From positions 51,210-115,209 of the IMG/VR virus record IMGVR_UViG_3300021961_005592: a stretch of 64,000 nt of DNA. One strand, 5' to 3'. Shown piece after piece: positions 47,679 through 56,517 of the stretch. Each line of letters opens with the position of its first letter. Positions within the stretch are counted from its first letter, which is position 1. The stretch is from a virus. The position numbers and the translations under genes were made by a program. Under the pieces are notes generated by a model. The model was given only the letters and a program-made list of their open reading frames with translations. It searched no databases and was not told where the DNA came from.

Positions 47679-48036
47679 TTGTTATTTCCTTTCTATAATT
47701 TCCCTTCTCGGGTATTACGTGTCTAACGCCACCTCGCGGATCTTCCATATCTCCTTGTCTGCGAGGAATTAAGTGTACATGGGCATACATGACAGTTTGT
47801 CCTGCTGCCTCACCTACATTCTGACCGATATTGAACGCATCACAATAACCACGTTCAACCCAGTCATAGCCCCACTTGTAAGCAGCTTCCCAGCATTTTA
47901 CCATGTGTTGCCAATCTTCAACCTTTGGTACAAAAAGAACATGTCCTTCTGTAACAGGAAATCCGTCTTTGTAGACGGTAAAATCCTTAGTGTCTATTAA
48001 AACATCCGTCCACGGTATATCTTTAAATTCCATCAT
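47671..48036 (-). CDS. HIT family nucleotide hydrolase
   Basis: D..PVT.GH.L.VPK, NIGQN.G..AGQTV, HVHLIPR; ATGA-coupled start 48036. Confidence 0.88.
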   Translation of the reverse strand: MMEFKDIPWTDVLIDTKDFTVYKDGFPVTEGHVLFVPKVEDWQHMVKCWEAAYKWGYDWVERGYCDAFNIGQNVGEAAGQTVMYAHVHLIPRRQGDMEDPRGGVRHVIPEKGNYRKEITNV

Positions 48037-48590
48037 TGCCCAACCACTTCCCAAGGATACACTAGCCAAACATCTTCTTCTGCTTTGTTTACTTCGTGTG
48101 CATGATACCGAACACCTTCAAACGAACTAGATAGATTTTCTGTTAGTACGGCAAAACGAACATTTTCTCTCCATACACTAGCCCAGCCATGTTCTTCTTT
48201 AGGTAAACAACTGCTTTGCCAATCTTCTTTGATCCAATTAAATGTTGCACCTGTGTCGTTGATATCATCCACAATAAGAATATTTTTACGTTTGTTATTA
48301 TCCCAACGGCATTTGTATGTGGCTTGTTCCTCTAGAGGAACATAACCAAACGCATCTTCTGCCATCCAACAATTGCTTTCGCAATCACCTTCTTTGTCAT
48401 CACGCAAACTAACCTTTAGTGCTTCACCTCTAACACCTAGCATATTACAAAGGATAGTAGCGGGAACATTTCCGCCTTTGGTAATACCTACAATATAGTC
48501 AGGACGCCAGTTGTCAGCATACATTTGTAGAGCAATGTTTACGCACATCTTTTCTACATCTTGCCAACTATAATGATGTTTCTTAATCAT
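48033..48590 (-). CDS. Type I phosphoribosyltransferase (purine PRT-like)
   Basis: VGIT.GG..PA, PRPP loop ILIVDDINDTGAT, W.VYPWE. Confidence 0.85.
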   Translation of the reverse strand: MIKKHHYSWQDVEKMCVNIALQMYADNWRPDYIVGITKGGNVPATILCNMLGVRGEALKVSLRDDKEGDCESNCWMAEDAFGYVPLEEQATYKCRWDNNKRKNILIVDDINDTGATFNWIKEDWQSSCLPKEEHGWASVWRENVRFAVLTENLSSSFEGVRYHAHEVNKAEEDVWLVYPWEVVGQ

Positions 48591-48874
48591 TTCATCATCT
48601 CCAGTGTAGCAATTTTAGCAATCTTTTCACCAAAGTCGTCATCTTTAGTAATGATATAGGTTTGTGTGTTACTGCGATCCTTTTGACGATCGTAACTGCG
48701 AAACTCTACAACACGCCCGCCTACAGCACTAAACACACGGAAGTTTAGAATAGGTTCAGCATCGCATACCTGTGCCTCTACATCACGACTGGCGACCAGT
48801 ACCTCGCGAGTAGACTTGACATTGTCCCAATCCTCACGAACCCACTTAATTACTAATTTCTTAAACCAATTCAT
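48587..48874 (-). CDS. Hypothetical phage protein
   Basis: 95 aa, ATGA-coupled. Confidence 0.7.
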   Translation of the reverse strand: MNWFKKLVIKWVREDWDNVKSTREVLVASRDVEAQVCDAEPILNFRVFSAVGGRVVEFRSYDRQKDRSNTQTYIITKDDDFGEKIAKIATLEMMK

Positions 48875-49230
48875 GCTGACTCCTTAATCAAATCAAATGT
48901 TTTATACTTTTCTAGCTGAAGCCTATACTCGTCTGCTAGTTGCTTTAGTTTAGGATACTTTGCTTCCATATCCACGTCACGTCTTAATAATAACAGAACA
49001 TCACGTATTTCGTCAAGTTCTGCCATTACATCTCTGCCATTTACTAATAACGGCGTATTAATTTTGGTTACGCTAGAACTAATGTCAACAGCACTAATAC
49101 CATTAGAACCACTAGCAAACACGTAATTACTATTAACTACACTACCTACTGTTAAACCTGGTCCTGGTGCAGGCGTTGGTGTTGCAGCACCAAAGCCACT
49201 ACCACCATAAACGTTAGTGTTCGAGCTCAT
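48871..49230 (-). CDS. Hypothetical protein (low-complexity N-terminus, YPxL helical C-terminus)
   Basis: 119 aa; KYPKLK.L..EY. Confidence 0.65.
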   Translation of the reverse strand: MSSNTNVYGGSGFGAATPTPAPGPGLTVGSVVNSNYVFASGSNGISAVDISSSVTKINTPLLVNGRDVMAELDEIRDVLLLLRRDVDMEAKYPKLKQLADEYRLQLEKYKTFDLIKESA

Positions 49231-49660
49231 ATTTCTCTCTCAAATACTGTTCGTTCTGTACCCACTCGCCGTTGCGAATGAATCCCCACTCTCTAGTCTT
49301 AGGTCCAGGTATAAAGAGTGTCCAAGTGTCCACACCAGGCTCAAGCTCAATGCGGTGAAGACTGCTAGGACTACAGAATCTAAAGTGTCCAGGCTTTCTC
49401 CAAAACTTACCACTAGGAGTATGCTCCCAATAACCACCACGAAGAATAAGAGTAAAATAAGGCCAAGGGTGATCATGTAAATCATCTAAGTCTCCTTTGT
49501 GGAAGTTGTGTAAGAACACATTGAATGGAAACCATGTACGGTCTTTTAAAAAAAGATAATAGCGAGTTAGGTATGGTTCGTTAAATTCACGGTCCATAAT
49601 AACTCGCTTTCTATCAACTCGTTCTAGAAAGTTTAAAAATTTAGAACGGAATGTCGTCAT
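49214..49660 (-). CDS. Cupin-fold protein
   Basis: LH.F...D...LHDHPW...IL.GGY.E ... HR.EL. Confidence 0.7.
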   Translation of the reverse strand: MTTFRSKFLNFLERVDRKRVIMDREFNEPYLTRYYLFLKDRTWFPFNVFLHNFHKGDLDDLHDHPWPYFTLILRGGYWEHTPSGKFWRKPGHFRFCSPSSLHRIELEPGVDTWTLFIPGPKTREWGFIRNGEWVQNEQYLREKYELEH

Positions 49661-50099
49661 CTAGTTCTCCTGATTTCTTTTTACCGTTGTAATCTTGCTC
49701 AACCATTTTATAAATGGTTTTAAATGTTTCGTATGCTTTTTCTAAACCCGGATACTCTTTACACATTTTTTCTAACTGAGTTATATCAGGCATAGTATTC
49801 TCAAACACTTTTTTCTCTAAGTTTTTATAAAAATTATCTAAATTAATAGTGTCGTTTCCTATGCTAATAGTATAGGAAGAATTGTCAAGTGTTATTGATG
49901 AAATACCACTGCTATCAACCCAATCGGTGTTATAGGTTGTTACTCCGTTAATGCCGTCACTGATAACAAAGGTACTGTCGTTCGTGCCAGTATACATTGT
50001 TTGAGCAGCATTAACTTCTCCGCTCAAATCTATCACAATATCATCGCCACTTAAACTGCTTACGATTATTGTATCTTCATCCTTTTTTGATTGTGTCAT
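49641..50099 (-). CDS. Hypothetical protein ending in SSB-like acidic tip DDDIPF
   Basis: C-terminus ...GELDDDIPF*; EYPGLEKAY helix; ATG 50099. Confidence 0.7.
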   Translation of the reverse strand: MTQSKKDEDTIIVSSLSGDDIVIDLSGEVNAAQTMYTGTNDSTFVISDGINGVTTYNTDWVDSSGISSITLDNSSYTISIGNDTINLDNFYKNLEKKVFENTMPDITQLEKMCKEYPGLEKAYETFKTIYKMVEQDYNGKKKSGELDDDIPF

Positions 50100-51171
50100 A
50101 CAATGCAGTTCCATTAAAAAATTCTTTGTTTAATTTAATACGCTGTTTTTCCAACGATACTATAAAATCATCATAGTTATTCATATACTCGGTAATTTGC
50201 GCCATTAACTCGTTACGGTATTGCCTATAGCTAGAAAAGTCTTCAGTCCACTTACCAGGGTATTTAAATTCTGGCAGCGCCATCTCACCGTAGCTTAGAC
50301 GATCTGGAACCATCGGAATAGCATCTACTAGTACGCCTTCGTACCAACTAATGCCAAGTGTTTCTTGCAGGTTGGCACTAAACACTAACTTAGCTTCTCC
50401 TAGCAAATTGTGATATTCGTTTTTAGAGAGTGTGCGCTCTTGACAAATAACAAACTCATATTGTGGCATATGTTCTGCTAAATCACGAAAAATATCAACT
50501 TGCTTTTCTGGAGCAATACGATGTGGGAAAAGTATAAGATTACGCTTCTCCATACCTTTGTAGCTATCTAAGCTGTTCTTTAGATATTCCATAGGCCATC
50601 CTACTTGCTTAATACGAGGGTCGTTGCCTGTTATAGCGTCAGTCACGTCATCCTCGATCCAAGGATTATCGAGTTCAAATAATGTTCTTACAAACATTTC
50701 AATATGAAACTCGCTGGCAAAAAAGTTATGATCATATGTGTAGAACATGCTTTTTTCAGCATGTCTTACCCAAGGTTTATCGCCAATTAACCTCCCCAAG
50801 AAATCATGAGGATCATAACTGCCAGCATGCCAAAGACCACCGATTCTAATGTCCACACCCAGGAGCTCAGCCATGTAACGAAGCTGAATAACAGTTGGGT
50901 TCCACGCATCCGTATATAGGAAATAATCTCCATTTTTTATTGCGCCTTTACAAAACATTTCACCAATCTGTTCGAGCTGTTTGCTCTTATACACATTGGT
51001 GCCACCGAAATTGAGAAACGCCCCAGGCGTTGTAGCCTGAGGTGTTTCGCCTCCACTGATAACAATGACCTCAGTATTCGTAGCATGACGCAGTTGTTTG
51101 GGTAGATAATCCTTCCACTGTTTAGTGTAACGTGTATCTACTGCTTCAATGTCTACGATATAAATTGTCAT
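50077..51171 (-). CDS. GT-B (GT4-like) glycosyltransferase
   Basis: FPHR.APEK and E-X7-E motif ETLGISWYE. Confidence 0.75.
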   Translation of the reverse strand: MTIYIVDIEAVDTRYTKQWKDYLPKQLRHATNTEVIVISGGETPQATTPGAFLNFGGTNVYKSKQLEQIGEMFCKGAIKNGDYFLYTDAWNPTVIQLRYMAELLGVDIRIGGLWHAGSYDPHDFLGRLIGDKPWVRHAEKSMFYTYDHNFFASEFHIEMFVRTLFELDNPWIEDDVTDAITGNDPRIKQVGWPMEYLKNSLDSYKGMEKRNLILFPHRIAPEKQVDIFRDLAEHMPQYEFVICQERTLSKNEYHNLLGEAKLVFSANLQETLGISWYEGVLVDAIPMVPDRLSYGEMALPEFKYPGKWTEDFSSYRQYRNELMAQITEYMNNYDDFIVSLEKQRIKLNKEFFNGTALYDTIKKG

Positions 51172-51389
51172 CGTGTTACGTTCCTTTTATTAACAAAAGG
51201 TCTTGGTTTAAATCCACCTCGACGTTTAGCACGTATGTAATTACGATACTTCTCATAAGACTGCCAATTAGCGTCCTCTTTATTATAAAGAGCCTTTTCG
51301 TCGAATACCTTTCCTTCAAAGCGGCAATAATCGCGATATTCATCTAGATCATCAAACACTTTGCTGATTACTGGATTGGAGATAGACAT
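51168..51389 (-). CDS. Hypothetical phage protein
   Basis: 73 aa, SD AAGGA. Confidence 0.7.
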   Translation of the reverse strand: MSISNPVISKVFDDLDEYRDYCRFEGKVFDEKALYNKEDANWQSYEKYRNYIRAKRRGGFKPRPFVNKRNVTR

Positions 51390-51404
51390 TTTTGTTTTCT
51401 TCCT

Positions 51405-51872
51405 TTAGATATGTTTAGGATAAAAAATTGAACAGCCATTTTCATTATCTTCAGCTACGCTGATCTCTACAAAGCGGCTGGGATACTTTGTAGAAATTTC
51501 TTTATACAAGTCGTCTGCGATCATTTCGCATGACTTGTGATTTAAATTGAGCACTTGACCGTTAGTCGAACCCTGCTCAGAATATAGTCTTTCCATCCAT
51601 CGTTTGAACTGGATGAACTCGATGTCTCTATCATTGTGGAACACTTCGATGCGCACTCGGAAATGGAAAATATGACGATGAGGAACACTAAGGAAGCTTA
51701 CGTCATCCCAATCTCCTGTTGCTAGTTTAGGGTCTTTGTCAGCACCTGGATACATGTGTACACCTTCTTTAGTAAAGGTGACCCAAATACTACGTTGTGC
51801 ATTTTCTAGTTTGTCCATAATTTTATCTTCTTTCATTCTACGTAATATGTAATCGTGGTAGCTTTCGCGCAT
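51405..51872 (-). CDS. queD: QueD/PTPS-like T-fold protein
   Basis: H..P ... PHRH.F...V, SCE.IA, V.ED.EN; sits in the deazaguanine cluster. A DpdL-like decarboxylase role cannot be excluded. Confidence 0.65.
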   Translation of the reverse strand: MRESYHDYILRRMKEDKIMDKLENAQRSIWVTFTKEGVHMYPGADKDPKLATGDWDDVSFLSVPHRHIFHFRVRIEVFHNDRDIEFIQFKRWMERLYSEQGSTNGQVLNLNHKSCEMIADDLYKEISTKYPSRFVEISVAEDNENGCSIFYPKHI

Positions 51873-51879
51873 TGTTTAC

Positions 51880-51908
51880 AGTATACTTTCATTTAAGTAT
51901 TTTGTCAA
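51880..51908 (-). promoter_or_regulatory. Sigma70 promoter giving a probably leaderless QueD-like mRNA
   Basis: TTGACA-N17-TATACT, then 7 nt, then ATG. Confidence 0.7.
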
Positions 51909-52422
51909 GGCCGTACTTTGACCAATCTGTAAATTTTTCATCATCCATTAGATTGTGAAGCCTATGACACCAAACACCTGGGTTGGTTGCATTGAAGTCC
52001 TTGTCATCTAGTTTAATCATGGTGTTATAATTATACTGTTTGATGTAAGGAAGTGGAATACGAATCTGCGGAATAAAGTTATTCTGCTCAATTAGGACAC
52101 TTTCAAGTAATGCTTCTGCATGACTATACGGTAAGTCCAAACTGCACAAGATACCTTTTTTAAGAAAGTACATGATCATGTCGTCCCAGCGGTCCCAATT
52201 TCCAGCGTCTTCTGGAAAGTTAACGCCTGGATGAAAACTGTGATTAGATCCAAAGAAAATATGTTGACACTTTTCGTTCTTATAATGCGCTTCAATTTCT
52301 TCTACAGGCTGTAGTCCAGTTACAAACAATGTTTGCTTGCCAAACGCAGGAGTATGTTCAATTTCTCTGCCTGTGAAGAAAATTACCTGTTCTGCTTCAC
52401 CAGTTTCGTAATCTCGTTTCAT
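51889..52422 (-). CDS. Uncharacterised protein of the deazaguanine cluster
   Basis: 177 aa between the DpdA-like and QueD-like genes. Confidence 0.75.
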   Translation of the reverse strand: MKRDYETGEAEQVIFFTGREIEHTPAFGKQTLFVTGLQPVEEIEAHYKNEKCQHIFFGSNHSFHPGVNFPEDAGNWDRWDDMIMYFLKKGILCSLDLPYSHAEALLESVLIEQNNFIPQIRIPLPYIKQYNYNTMIKLDDKDFNATNPGVWCHRLHNLMDDEKFTDWSKYGLDKILK

Positions 52423-52628
52423 TCTAGATCCAATTGTACAAGTTTAGAGTTTATCCTGTGTATTTCGTCTTTCAAATAAAGTTTCATAGTCTTCATTCTA
52501 CGAACTTCATCTGAAACAGTAACATTATGATAGCGTACTTCTAGTTCGTTGTCAAGCTCTTTATGACGTCGTTCCAATTCTGCTAGGTGGGCACGAAGTT
52601 TATCTGCTTCGTTTTCATAGTTGCTCAT
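52419..52628 (-). CDS. DUF465/YdcH-like coiled-coil protein
   Basis: L...H.ELD ... K..KL.LKDEI; ATG 52628. Confidence 0.65.
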   Translation of the reverse strand: MSNYENEADKLRAHLAELERRHKELDNELEVRYHNVTVSDEVRRMKTMKLYLKDEIHRINSKLVQLDLE

Positions 52629-54144
52629 CCTCAAGTTCCTCCAATTTTGTTTCATCAAAAGTGTCTTCGACTTCTTCTACAGTTTCTTCAACTTCAAAAA
52701 GAGAATCAAAGAACGTACTAGCATTTACAGTCTTTTTACCAACTGCACCTCTAGTACCAGGAATAGCCATGTAAAAACGACTATGTTCATCAACTAATTT
52801 TAATGCCTTGTCACGGTCATCTGTTGCAAATATTTCTTCCACAACGTCTCTAAAAAGAACCCTATCAAACCGTTCTTGTACAAGCATGTTAGGAATTCTT
52901 CCTGCGTCATACTGTCTATTTGCTTCTTGGACTGCATTTATGTGACTCCAAACGTTATGACCCATCTGAATAGCATATGAAAAACTATCCCACGATGTTT
53001 TACCTTCTTTACCAATCTTGTTTAAGTCTCCTGGTGCATATATGCATACATCTGAGACTTTTAGTTGCTCAGTAATTGGACTATCTTCAAAGTTTTTAAA
53101 GATGCCATCCTGTAATACTGCATCACGGAATAAGCGTTGATCTGTTGCATACTTCTTGTTGTCAACGCTTGGAACCATTCGATAGGTCCATTTGCCACGA
53201 TCAGGTGTTTCATTTTGAATGTAGATCTGTCCATTAGCAGTTGCTAAGAACGGACTTGCACAGTCAAATGTAACCATAAAGTTTTCATTATGGTGTTTGC
53301 GAACAGCACGTTGAATGTCCGTAAGCAAACAAGCCCACTCTAGTTTACTTGTACCTAGGAAGTGCATACAGTCCTGTACACCTTTCTCTAACAAGCCGTC
53401 ATAGCGCAGTGCAATGATACGCTTCAGCACCAAGTGAACGTCACACATGTTCTGTCCGCCCATTGCCCACCCGTTGAAGTGAACGCCTGGATACTGCTTT
53501 GGATCAGAATACTTTTTCATACGCTGATACCAATCTTCAGCGTCTGCGTGATTTTCACCCTGTAGAACGTTTAAGAACTTACAGTTGCCATTACGGTTGT
53601 TAATAAACCAATCGTTGTTGATGTAAGTACCTTGAACTGCTTCAGAGTAGGAAGTAATGCCAGTTGCTTTTTGTCCAGCAGGTGAACGAGCGACCCAGGC
53701 AGGAATATCAAGGATCATTCCATAGTCCATATAGGCATCCATCCACGCAAGAACTTGTTCACGTTTCTTTTGTGCCTTAGGACAGTTTGGATCTTTCCAG
53801 TCGCCTTCCCAAACGCCTTTGCCAATCTGGAAGCCGCCTGAGTCTCCTAAGATCCAACTTGTATTCCTGTTACGATTTCGTACCATGTCTTCTTTAGGAC
53901 TGTGCTTATTAATATCAAGCTCTGCGTGTCCTGCAGAATATAAAGTCCAATGATAGTTGAAAAGCCCCTTACTTGGATCTAGGTAATTAAGACTCTCAAC
54001 GTCATTAATAAAGTTTGAAGGAATACGGGCCGGGTCTACATAATTATCGAAACGTTGTTTACCTACATAAGTAGCATAGAAACCACTTAGTGCAGGTAAA
54101 AAGTGTGCGTAATCGTTTTGTGTAGATGTTAGGTCTTTATTCAT
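52615..54144 (-). CDS. dpdA: TGT-fold guanine transglycosylase, probably DNA-directed (DpdA-like)
   Basis: DSGGFQ, LD.P, VLQG, A.GG, HFLG, FDC.SP; lacks the CxCxxC Zn site of bacterial tRNA TGT; que-gene context. Confidence 0.7.
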   Translation of the reverse strand: MNKDLTSTQNDYAHFLPALSGFYATYVGKQRFDNYVDPARIPSNFINDVESLNYLDPSKGLFNYHWTLYSAGHAELDINKHSPKEDMVRNRNRNTSWILGDSGGFQIGKGVWEGDWKDPNCPKAQKKREQVLAWMDAYMDYGMILDIPAWVARSPAGQKATGITSYSEAVQGTYINNDWFINNRNGNCKFLNVLQGENHADAEDWYQRMKKYSDPKQYPGVHFNGWAMGGQNMCDVHLVLKRIIALRYDGLLEKGVQDCMHFLGTSKLEWACLLTDIQRAVRKHHNENFMVTFDCASPFLATANGQIYIQNETPDRGKWTYRMVPSVDNKKYATDQRLFRDAVLQDGIFKNFEDSPITEQLKVSDVCIYAPGDLNKIGKEGKTSWDSFSYAIQMGHNVWSHINAVQEANRQYDAGRIPNMLVQERFDRVLFRDVVEEIFATDDRDKALKLVDEHSRFYMAIPGTRGAVGKKTVNASTFFDSLFEVEETVEEVEDTFDETKLEELEDEQL

Positions 54145-54148
54145 TCAA

Positions 54149-54883
54149 TTATTTGCTCTGTGCAGGTAGAATGTAATCGTACTTTGCCATACCTGAATCA
54201 ACAGTAATCATCATAGCACCTTGATCAGAAATGCTCATTGTTGCATCACCGTCTAGTCCAAGAATAGCTTGAACTTGTGCAACAGGCCAACTCCATGAGT
54301 GCTTAAGAGAACCTGTAACTGCATTCTGGAACACAAACTTACCTGCGTGTGTGCTTGCATCTCCAAAGTAAAATACTAGATCATTAACACCCCCGGTGGT
54401 TTCTGTCTTAACAGTAAAGATAGTTTCTTCGCTGTGTGCAGTACTCATTAACCGCATACGCTGAATTGAAGCCATAGAAGGTTTAACCTGTACGTCCCAT
54501 GAAGCACCTTTGAACTTAACAGTCTTGAGTTTTTCTTCAATGATTGCTTTATTCATAAAACGATAATCGTTTTCAAAGTCGCCCGCAGCGTTTTCAAAGT
54601 GGATATGCGTTGGGATTGTTTCACCATTTCTTTCTGCTTCAACTACTTCAATTTTTGCATTATCTTTGTATTCTGGGTTTTTCAAATGAAGCGCGAGCTT
54701 ATCTAGATTTGGCATACCAAATGTACCACTAGCAATATTGTAGTTACTAGTTGCGTTCATAATTACTGATCGATCCTCTGCCATCGAATCAATAGTTGTA
54801 CCGTTATCTCCGGTAATTTTAACTAGTGATAGAAATCCTAGTGAATGGGTATGTGCAACAATGTCCTGTAGAATGTCTTTCAT
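54149..54883 (-). CDS. Sliding clamp (gp45/PCNA-like)
   Basis: 244 aa, beta-rich, ends ..YDYILPA; located near the DNA polymerase. Confidence 0.65.
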   Translation of the reverse strand: MKDILQDIVAHTHSLGFLSLVKITGDNGTTIDSMAEDRSVIMNATSNYNIASGTFGMPNLDKLALHLKNPEYKDNAKIEVVEAERNGETIPTHIHFENAAGDFENDYRFMNKAIIEEKLKTVKFKGASWDVQVKPSMASIQRMRLMSTAHSEETIFTVKTETTGGVNDLVFYFGDASTHAGKFVFQNAVTGSLKHSWSWPVAQVQAILGLDGDATMSISDQGAMMITVDSGMAKYDYILPAQSK

Positions 54884-55638
54884 TTAATATCTCCTATGTT
54901 ATATTCTATTGTATTGTCAATGCCTTGATTTGTCAAGAATTTTTGTACAGTGTATTTAGGTTTAAAGTCTAAATCTTTTAAAAAACTTATGTCTGCCTGT
55001 GTTACCTTTCTTTCGTGAGGTGTGTGTTCTTTTATACGTAAACCTTTTGGAGCAATGCTAGGGATGTACACACTTGTACCTGTTCCAACATCAACTACTC
55101 CGGTTTTATGTGTGTTAAATGAAAGTAATTGAATAGCATCACATACATCTTCTAAATGTATAAAATCCCTATAGTGAGGTGTTACATATTCTAACGTATT
55201 GTTTAATAATTTGTCAAAAAACATTCCACTACGAGGAACATCGCTGTATGTAGTATGGATTCTTAAACCTAGTGAATTTGTATGCGTTAATGCTAATTGC
55301 TCTAATAAAAACTTTGATGCAGCATACGGATTTAAATATGGTTCGTATGCGCTACTAGAACTTGCATATATAATTCTAATGTCTTTGAAATGCGTAAATA
55401 GTCGCTTACTAGCCTCAACGTTATTAAACCAGTAGCTACTTAAATTTCTAAAACTTTCTCGTACACCACTTTTTCCGGCAAGATGAATAACGAGGTCAAC
55501 TTCATAATCTAAATTACAAGAATTTAAATCTTGATTTTCTTGAATATCAATACCGTAAACTGTATGCTTTTTTTCTTTGAGAATAGAACACAGCCTACTT
55601 CCGATAAATCCTCGATGACCTGTTAGTAGTATACGCAT
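54880..55638 (-). CDS. NAD-dependent nucleotide-sugar epimerase/dehydratase
   Basis: TGHRGFIG, HLAG.SGVR.S, ASSS, YAASK, RDFIH..D; ATG 55638. Confidence 0.85.
   Translation of the reverse strand: MRILLTGHRGFIGSRLCSILKEKKHTVYGIDIQENQDLNSCNLDYEVDLVIHLAGKSGVRESFRNLSSYWFNNVEASKRLFTHFKDIRIIYASSSSAYEPYLNPYAASKFLLEQLALTHTNSLGLRIHTTYSDVPRSGMFFDKLLNNTLEYVTPHYRDFIHLEDVCDAIQLLSFNTHKTGVVDVGTGTSVYIPSIAPKGLRIKEHTPHERKVTQADISFLKDLDFKPKYTVQKFLTNQGIDNTIEYNIGDIK
54908..54936 (-). promoter_or_regulatory. Sigma70 promoter for the clamp-dpdA unit
   Basis: TTGACA-N17-TACAAT, SD AGGAG downstream. Confidence 0.75.
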
Positions 55639-56345
55639 TATTTTGCTATACCTTTTTCTTGATATAATTGTAAGTATTCCATAGTTTTCATCCAACTCGA
55701 TACTTGTGTTGGGTAGTCTACTACTTGCGCTAACGGATAATCATTACCGTCACTGTCCATACGATCCCCAAAGAAATACAAAACATCATTAGGTCCAAAA
55801 TCATTAATAATTTGTCCTTTATCTCTACCTAGAGGAAAAATGTCAATACCAGTCTCGCCACCTACTTTAGCACATAGATCTGGAAACATTTCGTTAAACT
55901 CTTTAGCAATGTGTTCGCGTTCAAAAATACGAGTGTCCCACTTGACATATTCGGCTCGTTGTACTTTAGTAGCACCTCTACCAACAATACTAAAATTAAC
56001 TAAGCCAGGCCGTTTTTCAATGTGTTGACCTGTTCTCAATTTAAAATTACTATCTTCTAATTTGTTTAGTAACCAATGTTCTGCATTATTAGGAATTTCC
56101 CAATCGAGTGTATAAACATTTACACCTTTTTCCCAAACATCGTTTCCGGAACAGTTATAAATTTTAGAAACCGCAAGGCATATGTCAGATCCAACCTGTT
56201 CTAAAGTTTTTGGATAATCAGAACCAGTTATTAAATAAACGTCGTTTCCGTAGCAAAAGTCTAAAAAGTAATCTTTAAACTCGTAGTCGATACTAGCTCT
56301 GCTAGGGGTAAGCGTTCCGTCTACATCAAAAATAAATTTATTCAT
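55638..56345 (-). CDS. HAD-IIB phosphomannomutase-like protein
   Basis: FDVDGTLT, TGSD, IE.R....NFS..GR, GG...IDI.P.G.DK, FFGD....GND. Confidence 0.85.
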   Translation of the reverse strand: MNKFIFDVDGTLTPSRASIDYEFKDYFLDFCYGNDVYLITGSDYPKTLEQVGSDICLAVSKIYNCSGNDVWEKGVNVYTLDWEIPNNAEHWLLNKLEDSNFKLRTGQHIEKRPGLVNFSIVGRGATKVQRAEYVKWDTRIFEREHIAKEFNEMFPDLCAKVGGETGIDIFPLGRDKGQIINDFGPNDVLYFFGDRMDSDGNDYPLAQVVDYPTQVSSWMKTMEYLQLYQEKGIAK

Positions 56346-56517
56346 TTGTAGAAATCATAGCCTTGTGTTGTGCTTTATATTTTTCTGTTTCAACAGTTTT
56401 TACAAGTTCTGAAAAACGATCCGCCACTTCACGATAAAATGTGTTACCAGTTTCACGACCTTTATCATGTAACCAAATTATCATTTCACGGTCTGTTGTT
56501 GGAATATTGCTATTCAT
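56338..56517 (-). CDS. 59-aa hypothetical protein absent from the ORF track
   Basis: MNSNIPTTDREMIIWLHDKGRETGNTFYREVADRFSELV...STNE*; fills the gap exactly, overlaps both neighbours, SD GGAG. Confidence 0.65.
   Translation of the reverse strand: MNSNIPTTDREMIIWLHDKGRETGNTFYREVADRFSELVKTVETEKYKAQHKAMISTNE

Noticed and set aside
52615-54144. Ordinary bacterial tRNA-guanine transglycosylase (tgt)
   Set aside because: At 509 aa it is much longer, lacks the CxCxxC Zn site, and sits beside the clamp. tRNA activity is not formally excluded.
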